DNA of 64,000 nt from Bacteroidales bacterium (GCA_007129255.1 SKVW01000053.1:306-64305), one strand, 5' to 3'. Shown: positions 29,146 to 39,280, numbered from the stretch's first letter. Translations and numbers: made by a program. Notes: generated from the letters alone by a model not told the origin.

Positions 29146-30248
29146 AAAAATACCGGATTTACCTTTTGGTCCTTGTTTTTGCCGCCTGCCAACCCGTTGA
29201 AGAAAAAACCTTTCATCTTCAGGGACAGGTTGATGGAATAGATAATGGCATGGTTTATTTGCAGGACAGGGTGCATGGGGTAATGGTCAATGTTGATTCT
29301 GCCGTAATTGCAGGAGGTAATTTCACCTTTTCAGGGAGTCTGGATCACCCCAGAATGATGTTTTTGAGAGTGAATGAGATTGACCCCCGCCTTTTTGTTT
29401 TCATGGAAAATGAGGAGATGGGGATCTTTATTGATCCGGAGCAGCCCGCTGATTATGAAGTGCATGGTTCGGCATCTCATGATATCCTGGAAGAATTTAA
29501 CCAGCTTGTTGCACTGCACAACCATAACATAAGGGAAATCCAGCAAAAGATTCTGGAAGCAGAGGTTATGGGCTTGGAGGAAGACGCAGCCGATCTGACC
29601 GAAAGCTACCATACAACAGTGGAAAGCAAGCAGAAAGCAAAGAAAAACTTTATTCGCGAACACAATGACCAAAGTGTTGCGGTTTATCTTGCTTCCCGTC
29701 ATCTTGCCCCCGGAATGGATGGAGCAGAAATGACCGAACTGGTTGAAATTTTTGATCCTTCCCTGGAGGACAATTCTTATTTTCAGAGCCTTTCCCAACG
29801 GGCGGATAGGTTGATGCAGGTTGCTGCAGGAAAAGAGGCACCGGGCTTTTCAATGACTAACCCTGTAGGAGAGAAAATCTCCCTTGAGGATTTCAGGGGC
29901 CAATACCTGCTGGTTAGTTTCTGGGCTTCTTGGTGTCCCTATTGCCGGCAGGAAAACCCTCATCTGGTAGGATTGTATGAAAAATTTCAGGATCAAAATT
30001 TTGAAATTCTGGGTGTTTCCCTGGACCGTGATAAAGAAGCATGGCTTACCGGCATTGAAGATGACGGACTTACCTGGCCCCAGGTTAGTGATCTGCGGGG
30101 TTGGCAAAATGAAGCCTCCACGCGCTACGCCGTATTCAGCATACCTTCCAATGTGCTCATCGATCCGGAAGGGGTTATTATCGGACGGAATATGAAGGTT
30201 CAGGAGCTGGAAGAAAAGCTGGAAAAGCTTTTGGGACTTCCTGCATGA
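29142..30248 (+). CDS. TlpA-family thiol-disulfide oxidoreductase lipoprotein
   Basis: Lipobox VFAAC, an N-terminal beta domain, and a C-terminal thioredoxin fold with FWASWCPYC. A 4-nt overlap joins it to the upstream symporter gene. Confidence 0.85.
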   Translation: MKKYRIYLLVLVFAACQPVEEKTFHLQGQVDGIDNGMVYLQDRVHGVMVNVDSAVIAGGNFTFSGSLDHPRMMFLRVNEIDPRLFVFMENEEMGIFIDPEQPADYEVHGSASHDILEEFNQLVALHNHNIREIQQKILEAEVMGLEEDAADLTESYHTTVESKQKAKKNFIREHNDQSVAVYLASRHLAPGMDGAEMTELVEIFDPSLEDNSYFQSLSQRADRLMQVAAGKEAPGFSMTNPVGEKISLEDFRGQYLLVSFWASWCPYCRQENPHLVGLYEKFQDQNFEILGVSLDRDKEAWLTGIEDDGLTWPQVSDLRGWQNEASTRYAVFSIPSNVLIDPEGVIIGRNMKVQELEEKLEKLLGLPA

Positions 30249-30287
30249 AAAAAACCGTCAAAAGGGTTTCTATTTCTTTTGACGGTT
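30248..30287. terminator. Hairpin terminator between convergent genes
   Basis: 12-bp stem AACCGTCAAAAG / CTTTTGACGGTT (30253-30264 / 30276-30287). An A-run precedes it on the plus strand, which is a T-run for the minus-strand Spy-like gene. Confidence 0.65.
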
Positions 30288-30336
30288 GACTATCTGAAAT
30301 TATGCAAGCTATCCTTCAGTAGTGAGATGGCTTTGT

Positions 30337-30831
30337 TTAGCGTCTGCCCCTGCGCATATCGCCGCGGCGCATGTCTCCACGTCGCATGTCATCGCCTCTC
30401 AGGCCTTGTCCTCTCCGTCCAAGGTGGCGGCTGTCAAACTGCAGACGCTGTTCTTCAGTAAGCATTTGCCGGATATCCTGCCGGTGAGCCGCATTTTCTT
30501 TCAAGTGCCTGGCACGAAGTTCTGATATTTCATCAATGATCCGGTTTACTTCATCCATGTTAGGCTGAGCTTTGGTCATTTCGGTACGTTTTTTCACTCT
30601 TAATGCGTCCATTTGGTTGCGGTGTTCTATTCTCTGTTCCAGGCGGGCATTGCGCAATTCCCTGATTTTTGTTTCCTGCTCAGAAGTAAGGTTATCTATT
30701 CCTATGCAAACTTCTGCACGGCGCTCCATGGGTCTGGCATCGCGGCGGGCCATTCCTCTTTGTGAAAAGGCCTCTGCTGCCATGCCAAAGATGAACAAAA
30801 ATGTGATGGAAAAAAACATTAACTTTTTCAT
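30337..30831 (-). CDS. Spy/CpxP-family periplasmic protein (LTXXQ motifs)
   Basis: Signal peptide, LTSEQETKI and LTEEQRLQF motifs, and a basic C-terminal repeat RGDDMRRGDMRRGDMRRGRR. Confidence 0.7.
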   Translation of the reverse strand: MKKLMFFSITFLFIFGMAAEAFSQRGMARRDARPMERRAEVCIGIDNLTSEQETKIRELRNARLEQRIEHRNQMDALRVKKRTEMTKAQPNMDEVNRIIDEISELRARHLKENAAHRQDIRQMLTEEQRLQFDSRHLGRRGQGLRGDDMRRGDMRRGDMRRGRR

Positions 30832-30950
30832 GATATTAAAATTTAAATGGTAAATATTTTCTTTACTCCTTTGATGCTTTAGGTAAGAAAAAGTTTAATC
30901 TCGTTAAAAGAAATTGTAAAACCTCCATTTGCGGCGATGAATGAGAAAGG

Positions 30951-31340
30951 TTAGGATTTTTTAGACCGGGCCCGGTCCCTGATATTTAAGGTGAGGGATA
31001 AAACAAAGGCAATGAATGCGGCAATAACCGTGATATTGTCCACCAGTCTGGCAGGCAAAGTTTGACCGGTTATTCTAAAAATCAGGTAATTGATGTAAGA
31101 GGAAGGCAGGCCGGTTTCTCCCAGCTCACGGAGTATTTGCCAATGCCATTCTGTTAGAGGACAGTAGCCTATTCCATAAAAAAGCCCAAGCAAAAACCAG
31201 GAAGCTAAAGTCAGAAGAAGCGCAATCAGGTTCCAAAAACGGGTTTTTTTCCATATCCAGCCAAAAAGGTTAAAAACTACCAGGGCCAGGTGAAACACAA
31301 AAAAGAAAATATCCAGGAATTCAAACCAGGTCATGGGCAA
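30951..31340 (-). CDS. DUF2784-like small membrane protein
   Basis: 129 aa with four TM helices and the CPLTEWHWQILRE motif that I associate with DUF2784. Confidence 0.55.
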   Translation of the reverse strand: MPMTWFEFLDIFFFVFHLALVVFNLFGWIWKKTRFWNLIALLLTLASWFLLGLFYGIGYCPLTEWHWQILRELGETGLPSSYINYLIFRITGQTLPARLVDNITVIAAFIAFVLSLTLNIRDRARSKKS

Positions 31341-31589
31341 TCCAATTCAGTGCAGGATTAATAAACTTTCAAAAAGCCTTTCAAAATTCAAAAGCATAAG
31401 TTTTCCACAAAATACAATTTTTTTCAACAATATTTTTTCCGGGCTTTTCCGTTTTGCTTAAAAGCAAAAAGAAACCAGGGTTTTTGGTCAAGGCTGTCCA
31501 AACAAAATTGAATGATAAGTTGTTTTTTATTAGGAATGATTTTTTACTTTTGTGTCAATTTTCAAAGTCTTTTAATAAAACAGTCAGAT

Positions 31590-32114
31590 ATGATCCGGAA
31601 GTTTTTTACCCCCAAGGTGCTGGTAATTACCGGCATTATTTTATTTGCTGCCGTTATGCGTCTGTTGCCGCATTATCCTAATTTTACCCCGATTGCTGCC
31701 ATAGCGCTTTTTGGAGGAGCATATTTAGGAAAGCGCTGGCTGGCCCTTTTTGTGCCGCTTTTTGCCCTGTTTGTCAGTGATCTTTTCCTGGGCTTTCATG
31801 GGTTTATGATTCCGGTTTATATCAGTTTTGCCCTTGTGGTGCTACTAGGTAATCTGATGCGAAACAATATTCGCATCCCGATGGTAATTGGCGGTTCTCT
31901 CGCCGGCTCTACCCTGTTTTTTCTGCTCACAAATTTTGCAGTATGGTTAGGAAGTCCCTATTATGCTCAGAATATCGGAGGTCTGATGACATGCTATACG
32001 GCGGCTATCCCCTTTTATCATGTTGGAATTCTGGGCGATTTATTTTACAATACCTTGTTTTTCGGTAGCTTTTACTTTTTATCCCTGCGTTATCCTGCAC
32101 TGAAACGTGTTTGA
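31590..32114 (+). CDS. DUF6580-like membrane protein
   Basis: From the ATG at 31590 the product is 174 aa. The N-terminus ...RLLPHYPNFTPIAAIALFGGAYLG resembles that family. The longer ORF from 31512 adds an unlikely hydrophobic leader. Confidence 0.5.
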   Translation: MIRKFFTPKVLVITGIILFAAVMRLLPHYPNFTPIAAIALFGGAYLGKRWLALFVPLFALFVSDLFLGFHGFMIPVYISFALVVLLGNLMRNNIRIPMVIGGSLAGSTLFFLLTNFAVWLGSPYYAQNIGGLMTCYTAAIPFYHVGILGDLFYNTLFFGSFYFLSLRYPALKRV

Positions 32115-32141
32115 AAAAATTATTGATATTAAATAAAAAAG

Positions 32142-32168
32142 CCTTTCCCTTTCCGGAAAGGTTTTTTT
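32142..32168 (+). terminator. Rho-independent terminator
   Basis: CCTTTCC...GGAAAGG palindrome followed by a T7 run at 32162-32168. Confidence 0.7.
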
Positions 32169-32187
32169 GTTTGGCATAAGTGTTGTA

Positions 32188-32217
32188 TTGGCAATTCACC
32201 CTTTTTGAGTAATTTTG
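32188..32217 (+). promoter_or_regulatory. Bacteroidota-type promoter (TTG-N19-TAatTTTG) for the small ORF and mutL
   Basis: ATTG ends at 32190, followed by a 19-nt spacer and TAATTTTG at 32210-32217. The ATG follows 40 nt downstream. Confidence 0.5.
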
Positions 32218-32256
32218 TAAAAGGGTACAAGTCCCTTTTTACCAAGAAAAAATCCA

Positions 32257-32523
32257 ATGGCCCTCACATTTTTTAAAACCCCGAGAAACAAGAAGTTTAA
32301 TTACCGTCCGGTTTATTATGACCAGAAAAAGGATGAGCGCGATCAGCGATTAAAAAGTGCTTTTGAAGAGGAAAATGCAGATTATGAAAAAGCACTTCGG
32401 GAGCGCATGCGAACGCGCTGGAAGAGAACCTCCGAAGCCAGATCGCGCCGGGCTTCCAATCAGCGATTGGTGATCATCTTTGTGATTATTTTTTTGTTGT
32501 TTTACCTGGTCTTTTTTATTTAA
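32257..32523 (+). CDS. Small tail-anchored hypothetical protein
   Basis: 88 aa with a basic Arg/Lys/Glu-rich body and a C-terminal TM helix (LVIIFVIIFLLFYLVFFI). It lies 27 nt upstream of mutL. Confidence 0.55.
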   Translation: MALTFFKTPRNKKFNYRPVYYDQKKDERDQRLKSAFEEENADYEKALRERMRTRWKRTSEARSRRASNQRLVIIFVIIFLLFYLVFFI

Positions 32524-32550
32524 AGAAACAGAAAAACCGAAATTGGCTAA

Positions 32551-34386
32551 ATGTCAGATGTAATTAAGCTCCTTCCGGATGCGGTAGCCAACCAGATTGC
32601 TGCAGGAGAGGTGATTCAGCGGCCTGCCTCAGCTGTGAAAGAATTGATGGAAAATGCCATTGACGCAGGTGCTACCCAAATAAAACTCATTATAAAAGAC
32701 GCCGGAAAAACCCTCATTCAACTGGTGGATAACGGGCATGGTATGTCGGAGACCGATGCCCGACTGTGTTTTGAGCGCCACGCCACTTCAAAGATCAATC
32801 AGGCAAGCGACCTTTTCAGTATAAGAACCATGGGATTCCGGGGCGAAGCCCTGGCTTCCATAGCGGCTATTGCCCGGGTGGAAATGAAAACCAGAAAAGC
32901 CGAAGATACCATGGGTACGGAAATGATCATTGAAGGGTCGGTAACCCAAACCCAGCAGCCCTGTCAGTGTCCTAAAGGAACCAATATTTCCGTAAAAAAC
33001 CTGTTTTTCAATACCCCTGCCCGCCGCAACTTCCTCAAGTCCGAAAACGTCGAGAAAAGCCACATTATCAGTGAGTTTATGCGGGTTGCCATTGCCAATC
33101 CGGATATTGGACTGATGATGTACCAAAACGGACAGCTTACCCACCAAATAGAACAAAGCCCTCTTAAACAACGTATTGTCAATCTTTTTGGAAACAACTA
33201 TAATCAAAGACTGGTACCTGTTGAAGAAAAAACAGAAATTGTAAATATAAACGGCTTTGTGGTTAAGCCCGAGTTTGCCAAAAAGAAAAGAGGCGAACAG
33301 TTCTTTTTTGTTAACAAACGGTTTATCCGGTCACCATACCTGAATCATGCTGTTGAACAAGCTTACCAGGAGTTGATCCCGGAGGATATGTTTCCCTCCT
33401 TCTTCGTTTTTCTTGAGCTGGATCCCGATCAGATTGATGTGAACGTGCATCCCACCAAAACGGAGATTAAGTTTCAGGACGAGCGTTACATTTACCAGAT
33501 ATTAAAAACCACCGTAAAACGATCTCTGGGGCGGCACCATATTACCCCCACCCTTGATTTTGAGCGGGAAACCGCTTTTGATCACCTATCGCCATCCAAG
33601 GGGAAGCGGGTAAATCCCCCCTCCATCCAAATCAATCCGGACTACAACCCCTTTTCTTCCGGACAAAAAGGAGGCACATCGTCCCGTAGCCTTTCCGGCA
33701 GCATCAATCCTGCTCAATGGGAAAAATTGTATCCCGACAAAGACCAGGTGCCCCATGGCCCGGGTCATGGAAAGCAAACTGCCATTACTTCCGATTGGGA
33801 TGACTTGCAGAGCCAGGATGGTAAAAAGCAATTTCTTCAGCTACGCAGCCGGTTTATTCTGGTACCGGTTAAATCAGGGCTGATGGTCATTGATCAGCAA
33901 AGGGCGCATGAAAGAATATTGTTTGAAAGGTTCTTGTTTATGCTGAAAAACCGTAAGTCCACTTCCCAGCAATTGTTGTTTCCGGAAAACATTCATCTTC
34001 CTGAAAATGATATTGAACTGCTTAGAGAAATGATGGCACAGGTGAAAGCGCTTGGATTTGAGATCAGTGAATTCGGGAAAAATACTTTTGTGGTGAATGC
34101 TATCCCGACAGATATAACGGAAAATGAATCCTTGCAGGATTTACTGGAAGGGATTATTGAAAATTACAAGAAAAACAAGATCGAACTTAAACTGGATGTT
34201 CAAACCAATGTTGCCAGGTCCATGGCAAAAAAGCTGGCCATTCGCCATGGCAAAACCCTGAGCCAGGAAGAAATGCTGGCGCTGACCAACTCGCTTTTTG
34301 CCTGCAGCATGCCCAATCAGTCCCCCGCAGGAAAGCCGATTGTGACCATCGTGGGTGAGGAAGAATTATCGGGGAAGTTCAAATAA
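32551..34386 (+). CDS. mutL: DNA mismatch repair endonuclease MutL
   Basis: The N-terminal GHKL ATPase region reads IAAGEVIQRPASAVKELMENAIDAG and FRGEALASI. 611 aa with a typical C-terminal dimerisation/endonuclease region. Confidence 0.95.
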   Translation: MSDVIKLLPDAVANQIAAGEVIQRPASAVKELMENAIDAGATQIKLIIKDAGKTLIQLVDNGHGMSETDARLCFERHATSKINQASDLFSIRTMGFRGEALASIAAIARVEMKTRKAEDTMGTEMIIEGSVTQTQQPCQCPKGTNISVKNLFFNTPARRNFLKSENVEKSHIISEFMRVAIANPDIGLMMYQNGQLTHQIEQSPLKQRIVNLFGNNYNQRLVPVEEKTEIVNINGFVVKPEFAKKKRGEQFFFVNKRFIRSPYLNHAVEQAYQELIPEDMFPSFFVFLELDPDQIDVNVHPTKTEIKFQDERYIYQILKTTVKRSLGRHHITPTLDFERETAFDHLSPSKGKRVNPPSIQINPDYNPFSSGQKGGTSSRSLSGSINPAQWEKLYPDKDQVPHGPGHGKQTAITSDWDDLQSQDGKKQFLQLRSRFILVPVKSGLMVIDQQRAHERILFERFLFMLKNRKSTSQQLLFPENIHLPENDIELLREMMAQVKALGFEISEFGKNTFVVNAIPTDITENESLQDLLEGIIENYKKNKIELKLDVQTNVARSMAKKLAIRHGKTLSQEEMLALTNSLFACSMPNQSPAGKPIVTIVGEEELSGKFK

Positions 34387-34398
34387 ACTTAAAAATAC

Positions 34399-34406
34399 TA
34401 TTTTTG
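34399..34406 (+). promoter_or_regulatory. -7 box TAttTTTG upstream of the first rhomboid gene
   Basis: Exact TATTTTTG lies about 95 nt upstream of the ATG at 34501. Confidence 0.3.
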
Positions 34407-34500
34407 CCTTTTGTCCGTAACAAGGATAACCAGAATGGTCGGTAAACTTTTTTTCCCGGCCAATGTTCTTACAATGAACCTTTAAAAATATAAATCACAG

Positions 34501-35256
34501 ATGATGCAAGTCAGACGCGGCGGATTTAGCCTGCTACCGTTGGTTGTGAAAAATTTACTGATAATTAATGGTTTGTTTTTCCTGGCCACCATTTCTTTTG
34601 GTTCTGCATTTAACCTCAATCTTATAAAGATATTGGGGCTTCACATGCCCGGCTCCCCTTTTTTTGAGCCCTACCAGCTGGTTACCCATATGTTCATGCA
34701 CGCTTCCTTTTCCCACATATTTTTCAATATGTTCGCTTTGTGGATGTTTGGTACGGCAATTGAAAACCTCATGGGTCCTAAGCGGTTTTTGACCTATTAC
34801 CTGATTACAGGGTTCGGAGCAGCTTTTTTGCATCTTGGGGTTAGTTATATTGAAATGCTTAACCTGCGCAGTGAATTGCTTGCCGCAGGTTATAGCATGA
34901 GCGACTTGCAAAGGTTTATCGATACCGGCTCATACCAGGTCATATCAGGAGTATCTGAAAGAGACCTGGTTAATTATCTGGCTAAGTTTCTGGTCCCTAC
35001 CGTAGGTGCTTCCGGGGCTGTGTTTGGCATACTGCTCGCCTTTGGAATGTTTTTTCCCAACAGTTATATTTACCTGTTCTTTGCCATTCCTGTAAAAGCC
35101 AAATATTTTGTAATGGCATACGGTGCCCTGGAATTGTTTTTTGGAATAGCCGACAGACCTGGAGATAATGTCGCCCATTTTGCCCACCTTGGAGGAATGG
35201 TTTTTGGCTTTTTACTGATCTATTACTGGCGCAGGAAAGGGAAAATTTATTATTGA
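34501..35256 (+). CDS. Rhomboid-family intramembrane serine protease
   Basis: Catalytic motifs GASGAVFG and AHLGG, plus the HASFSHIFFNM motif. Six or seven TM helices. Confidence 0.9.
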   Translation: MMQVRRGGFSLLPLVVKNLLIINGLFFLATISFGSAFNLNLIKILGLHMPGSPFFEPYQLVTHMFMHASFSHIFFNMFALWMFGTAIENLMGPKRFLTYYLITGFGAAFLHLGVSYIEMLNLRSELLAAGYSMSDLQRFIDTGSYQVISGVSERDLVNYLAKFLVPTVGASGAVFGILLAFGMFFPNSYIYLFFAIPVKAKYFVMAYGALELFFGIADRPGDNVAHFAHLGGMVFGFLLIYYWRRKGKIYY

Positions 35257-35319
35257 TCCGGGGCAATTGGTTCCGGTTTGCCAAAAGGTTTTACAATACT
35301 TTTAACTTAGTTTTCAGGA

Positions 35320-36213
35320 ATGCAAAAGTCCATTTTTCAGGAAATAAAAGATTTCTTTTTAAGGGGTTCCATCCTGGCAAGGCTCATTGGGATCAATGTT
35401 GCGGTTTTTATCCTGGTTAACCTGATCCGGGTTTTCTTTTTTTTACTCAATATTGATGGTGCCGGAGATGCCTTAGGCCATTGGCTTGCGGTATCTTCCA
35501 ATGTACATGTGATCCTTCACCGGCCCTGGACCCTCATTACCTATATGTTTCTGCATTTTGACTTTCTCCACATTTTGTTTAACATGATCGTGCTTTATGT
35601 CGGAGGAAGATTATTTTCGGAGTTTATCGGCCCGGAAAGGCTCACAGGCACTTACCTGATCGGTGGGTTGGCAGGAGCAATTTTCTATGTGGTTTCCTTT
35701 AATGTTTTTCCTGTTTTTGCAGAAGTTGCTCCCTTTTCCATAGCACTGGGAGCATCAGCTTCCGTGTTGGCCGTTTTTATCGCCATTGCCGTTTATATGC
35801 CCAATTACCAGCTTCCGCTATTGCTCCTTGGGCGGATCAGGCTAAAATACATTGCCATATTTTTTGTGGTTTTGGACATTATCAGCATAGACAAAGGAAA
35901 CCCCGGAGGACACCTGGCTCATCTTGGGGGCGCATTCTGGGGTTTTATATATGCTACCATGCTAAAAAGCGGGAAAGACCCTGCCCTGGTGCTTGGTTTT
36001 TATCTTGATAAGTTTGTCGGTCTTTTTCACCGCAGACCAAAAATGAAGGTGGAATACACCAGGGAAAGACCTGTTACAGATGAGGAATATAACCGGCAGC
36101 GTGCCGAAAGACAGAAAAAAATGGACAAGATCCTGGATAAAATTTCCAAAAGTGGCTATGAAAGCCTCACAAAGGAAGAAAAAGAACTTCTGTTTAAAAT
36201 GGGAGACAAATAA
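35320..36213 (+). CDS. Rhomboid-family membrane protein with a charged C-terminal tail
   Basis: Contains HFDFLHILFNM, GASASVLAV and AHLGGAFWG. A cytosolic Lys/Glu-rich tail of about 70 aa follows. Confidence 0.85.
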   Translation: MQKSIFQEIKDFFLRGSILARLIGINVAVFILVNLIRVFFFLLNIDGAGDALGHWLAVSSNVHVILHRPWTLITYMFLHFDFLHILFNMIVLYVGGRLFSEFIGPERLTGTYLIGGLAGAIFYVVSFNVFPVFAEVAPFSIALGASASVLAVFIAIAVYMPNYQLPLLLLGRIRLKYIAIFFVVLDIISIDKGNPGGHLAHLGGAFWGFIYATMLKSGKDPALVLGFYLDKFVGLFHRRPKMKVEYTRERPVTDEEYNRQRAERQKKMDKILDKISKSGYESLTKEEKELLFKMGDK

Positions 36214-36614
36214 GGAAACTTTCCAAATGTAATTTGATGAATAGGTCTTGGTCAAAATTATCCTTGTTGGGCAAGCTGGTCCTCTTTGTTAATTTTTTTT
36301 CTCTTTTTCCTCTCTTATTCGGCTTCTATTGATTATCGGACTTTATCCCGGAATTTGGCGGATACATTGATGGTAAAAAGGGGTATTGGACAAATCCATA
36401 TGCATGCAATCTCTGGCTTTTGCATTGTTTGCATTTTCCAGTCCGGGCAGAGAATTAAGACAAATAATTCCCATATTTGAATCCGGAAGCATACCTTCCA
36501 GGAACTATAAAATTTGAAACTTAACTTTCAAAACAAATTTAATTTTCTTAACTTTATTTTTTGTGAATTGATTGGTAATAAACCTATTCAAAAAAACTTA
36601 AAAACTACAGAATT

Positions 36615-37088
36615 ATGAAAAAGTGCATCTTTATTTTTCTGATCATGATTTTAAGTACTCAGCTTGTCATGGCACAGGATTACCAGACGGGGATCGGGGT
36701 ACGCGGAGGCGTTTTCAACGGTGTGAGTTTCAAGCACTTTGTTGCTGAAAGGGATGCGGTGGAAGCCGTAGCGGCCTTCCATTTCGGTGGATTATTCATG
36801 GCAGGGATGTTTCAGCGTCATGCGATGGCGTTCGATACACCCGGGCTTTACTGGTATTATGGTGCAGGTGCCCATATAGGATTTTATGAAGGCAGGCACC
36901 GCCCGGCCTGGTTTGACGAAAGGGACCGCGATTATGTGGTTTTTGGTGTAAATGGAGTCGTGGGTATGGAATATAAAATCGAAGAAGTTCCGATCACCAT
37001 TGGACTTGATGTTACCCCTGCTTTGAATATTGTTGATAGATTTCGGGTTTGGACCGGCGCCGGACTGACTTTGCGTTATGTTTTTTAA
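36615..37088 (+). CDS. Small outer-membrane beta-barrel protein
   Basis: Signal peptide (ILSTQLVMAQ), alternating Gly/aromatic beta-strand pattern, and a C-terminal ...LTLRYVF with terminal Phe. Confidence 0.65.
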   Translation: MKKCIFIFLIMILSTQLVMAQDYQTGIGVRGGVFNGVSFKHFVAERDAVEAVAAFHFGGLFMAGMFQRHAMAFDTPGLYWYYGAGAHIGFYEGRHRPAWFDERDRDYVVFGVNGVVGMEYKIEEVPITIGLDVTPALNIVDRFRVWTGAGLTLRYVF

Positions 37089-37205
37089 GGGTTTTCTCCA
37101 AAGCATCTGCCCTGGTAAAAGGTATTAAGTGTTTGTATGATGGTGGTCATTTTTTTGACCACCATTTTGTTTTTCCCCTTTTGGAATTATAGTAGGGGCA
37201 TTTAT

Positions 37206-37237
37206 TTTGATGCCTCAAAGTATTGTTGCTATTTTTG
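37206..37237 (+). promoter_or_regulatory. Bacteroidota-type promoter (TTTG-N20-TAttTTTG) for uvrB
   Basis: TTTG at 37206-37209, a 20-nt spacer, and TATTTTTG at 37230-37237. It sits 16 nt before the ATG at 37253, which supports that start. Confidence 0.6.
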
Positions 37238-37252
37238 CACAAAACAATTTCC

Positions 37253-39280
37253 ATGGCCTTTAAGCTCATTTCGGATTTTTCCCCCACTGGTGATCAGCCG
37301 GAAGCCATTGCCGAACTGGCAAAAGGAATGGAAATGGGTTTGCCATTTCAGACCCTGCTTGGGGTTACCGGTAGTGGAAAAACTTTTACTATTGCCAATG
37401 TTGTTGAAAGGATTCAGCGTCCCACCCTGGTATTGAGCCATAACAAAACCCTGGCTGCACAGCTGTATGGAGAGTTCAAGGCTTTTTTCCCTGAGAATGC
37501 AGTGGAGTATTTTGTTTCCTATTACGATTATTATCAGCCCGAAGCTTACCTGCCTACCACAAACACCTATATTGAAAAAGATCTTTCCATCAATGATGAA
37601 ATTGAAAAACTAAGGCTTAGTGCCAGCAGCGCACTTTTGTCTGGCAGACGCGATGTGATCGTGGTCAGTTCGGTTTCATGTATATACGGAATAGGCAATC
37701 CCGATGATTTTAATGCCAATATCATCCGTCTTACCAAAGGGGATGTAATACCCCGGAATAAACTTTTGCACCGGCTTGTAGGAAGCCTTTACAGCCGTAC
37801 CACTCTGGAATTTACCAGGGGAAGTTTTCGGGTAACCGGGGATACCGTGGACGTGTTTCCTGCCTATTCCGATACGGCTTTTCGCATTCTTTTTTGGGGG
37901 GATGAGATTGAAGCCTTGGAATCTTTTGATCCGGAAAGCGGAAAAAAGATCAGGGATTTTGAGCATATCGCCATCTATCCCGCCAATTTGTTTGTTACCA
38001 GTCAAAGGCGCATGGAGTCTGCCATACGCCAAATACAGGATGACCTGGTAAAACAGGTAGCCTTTTTTAAAGAACATGGAAAAGATCTGGAGGCCAAACG
38101 CTTGGAGGACAGGGTAAATTACGATCTGGAAATGATCCGTGAACTGGGTTATTGCTCGGGTATTGAAAACTACTCCCGATATTTTGACGGAAGAATGCCC
38201 GGCACCCGGCCTTTTTGCCTGCTGGATTATTTTCCTGAAGACTTTCTGATGGTGGTAGATGAAAGCCATGTGACCATTCCGCAGGTTCATGCAATGTACG
38301 GAGGGGATTTTTCCCGCAAGCAAAACCTTGTGGAATATGGCTTCCGGCTTCCGGCAGCTTTGGATAACCGCCCGCTTAAATTTGATGAGTTTGAGAGCCT
38401 GATGCATCAGGTAATATTTGTCAGTGCAACCCCTGCCGATTACGAACTGGAAAAGAGTGAAGGCGTGATTGTGGAACAGTTGATCAGGCCTACCGGTTTG
38501 CTGGAGCCTGCCATTGATGTGCGCCCCAGCCTCAACCAGATTGACGACCTGCTTGAAGAGATCAACCAGCGTACCGGATTGGATGAAAGGGTGCTGGTAA
38601 CTACCCTTACCAAACGAATGGCGGAAGAGCTGACCAAATACCTCAATAACGCGGGCGTCAAATGCCGGTACATCCACTCCGATGTGGATACCCTTGAAAG
38701 AGTGGAGATCTTAAGGGATTTGCGTTTGGGCAATATTGATGTACTGATCGGTGTCAACCTGCTCAGGGAGGGACTTGACCTTCCTGAAGTTTCTCTTGTA
38801 GCGATTCTGGATGCAGACAAGGAAGGTTTTTTACGTTCGGAACGATCATTGATACAAACCAGTGGCAGGGCAGCCCGGAATTTGAACAGCAAAGTGATCA
38901 TGTATGCAGATAAAATAACGCGTTCCATGCGGGTCACCATTGATGAAACCAACAGAAAACGGGAAAAACAATTAAAATACAACGAGGCCAATAACATCAC
39001 CCCTGCCCAGATCAGAAAGTCGGTCGAAGCCATTCATGGGCAAACATCCGTTGCCGATCGAAAACTAAGAGATGAAAAAGCTTATGTAGAAAAGCAGGAA
39101 GCAGATATTGCCGCCGACCCCGTTGTAAAATATATGGGTAAGGAACAGTTGCAAAAAGCCATTAACCGTAGCCGCAAACAAATGGAAAAAGCTGCCAAAG
39201 AGCTTGATTTTGTTCAGGCCGCCAAATGGAGAGATGAGTTTTTTGCCCTGGAAAAAGTTTTTAAAGAAAGATTTTTATAA
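37253..39280 (+). CDS. uvrB: Excinuclease ABC subunit B
   Basis: Contains FKLISDFSPTGDQPEAI, Walker A GVTGSGKT, and helicase motifs. The C-terminal UVR motif reads DFVQAAKWRDE. Confidence 0.95.
   Translation: MAFKLISDFSPTGDQPEAIAELAKGMEMGLPFQTLLGVTGSGKTFTIANVVERIQRPTLVLSHNKTLAAQLYGEFKAFFPENAVEYFVSYYDYYQPEAYLPTTNTYIEKDLSINDEIEKLRLSASSALLSGRRDVIVVSSVSCIYGIGNPDDFNANIIRLTKGDVIPRNKLLHRLVGSLYSRTTLEFTRGSFRVTGDTVDVFPAYSDTAFRILFWGDEIEALESFDPESGKKIRDFEHIAIYPANLFVTSQRRMESAIRQIQDDLVKQVAFFKEHGKDLEAKRLEDRVNYDLEMIRELGYCSGIENYSRYFDGRMPGTRPFCLLDYFPEDFLMVVDESHVTIPQVHAMYGGDFSRKQNLVEYGFRLPAALDNRPLKFDEFESLMHQVIFVSATPADYELEKSEGVIVEQLIRPTGLLEPAIDVRPSLNQIDDLLEEINQRTGLDERVLVTTLTKRMAEELTKYLNNAGVKCRYIHSDVDTLERVEILRDLRLGNIDVLIGVNLLREGLDLPEVSLVAILDADKEGFLRSERSLIQTSGRAARNLNSKVIMYADKITRSMRVTIDETNRKREKQLKYNEANNITPAQIRKSVEAIHGQTSVADRKLRDEKAYVEKQEADIAADPVVKYMGKEQLQKAINRSRKQMEKAAKELDFVQAAKWRDEFFALEKVFKERFL

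Noticed and set aside
31341-31589. Possible riboswitch upstream of the DUF6580-like membrane protein
   Set aside because: I looked for a cobalamin B12-box-like core and other conserved riboswitch cores and found none. The region is simply AT-rich.
36286-36480. 64-codon ORF in the long spacer after the rhomboid genes
   Set aside because: It has a TTG start, no upstream promoter motif, and a hydrophobic/low-complexity translation. The support is insufficient.
37676-38677. 333-codon ORF (and a 197-codon ORF at 38440-39033) antisense to uvrB
   Set aside because: These are shadow frames of a highly conserved gene. Their length is explained by the rarity of TTA, CTA and TCA codons in the sense frame.
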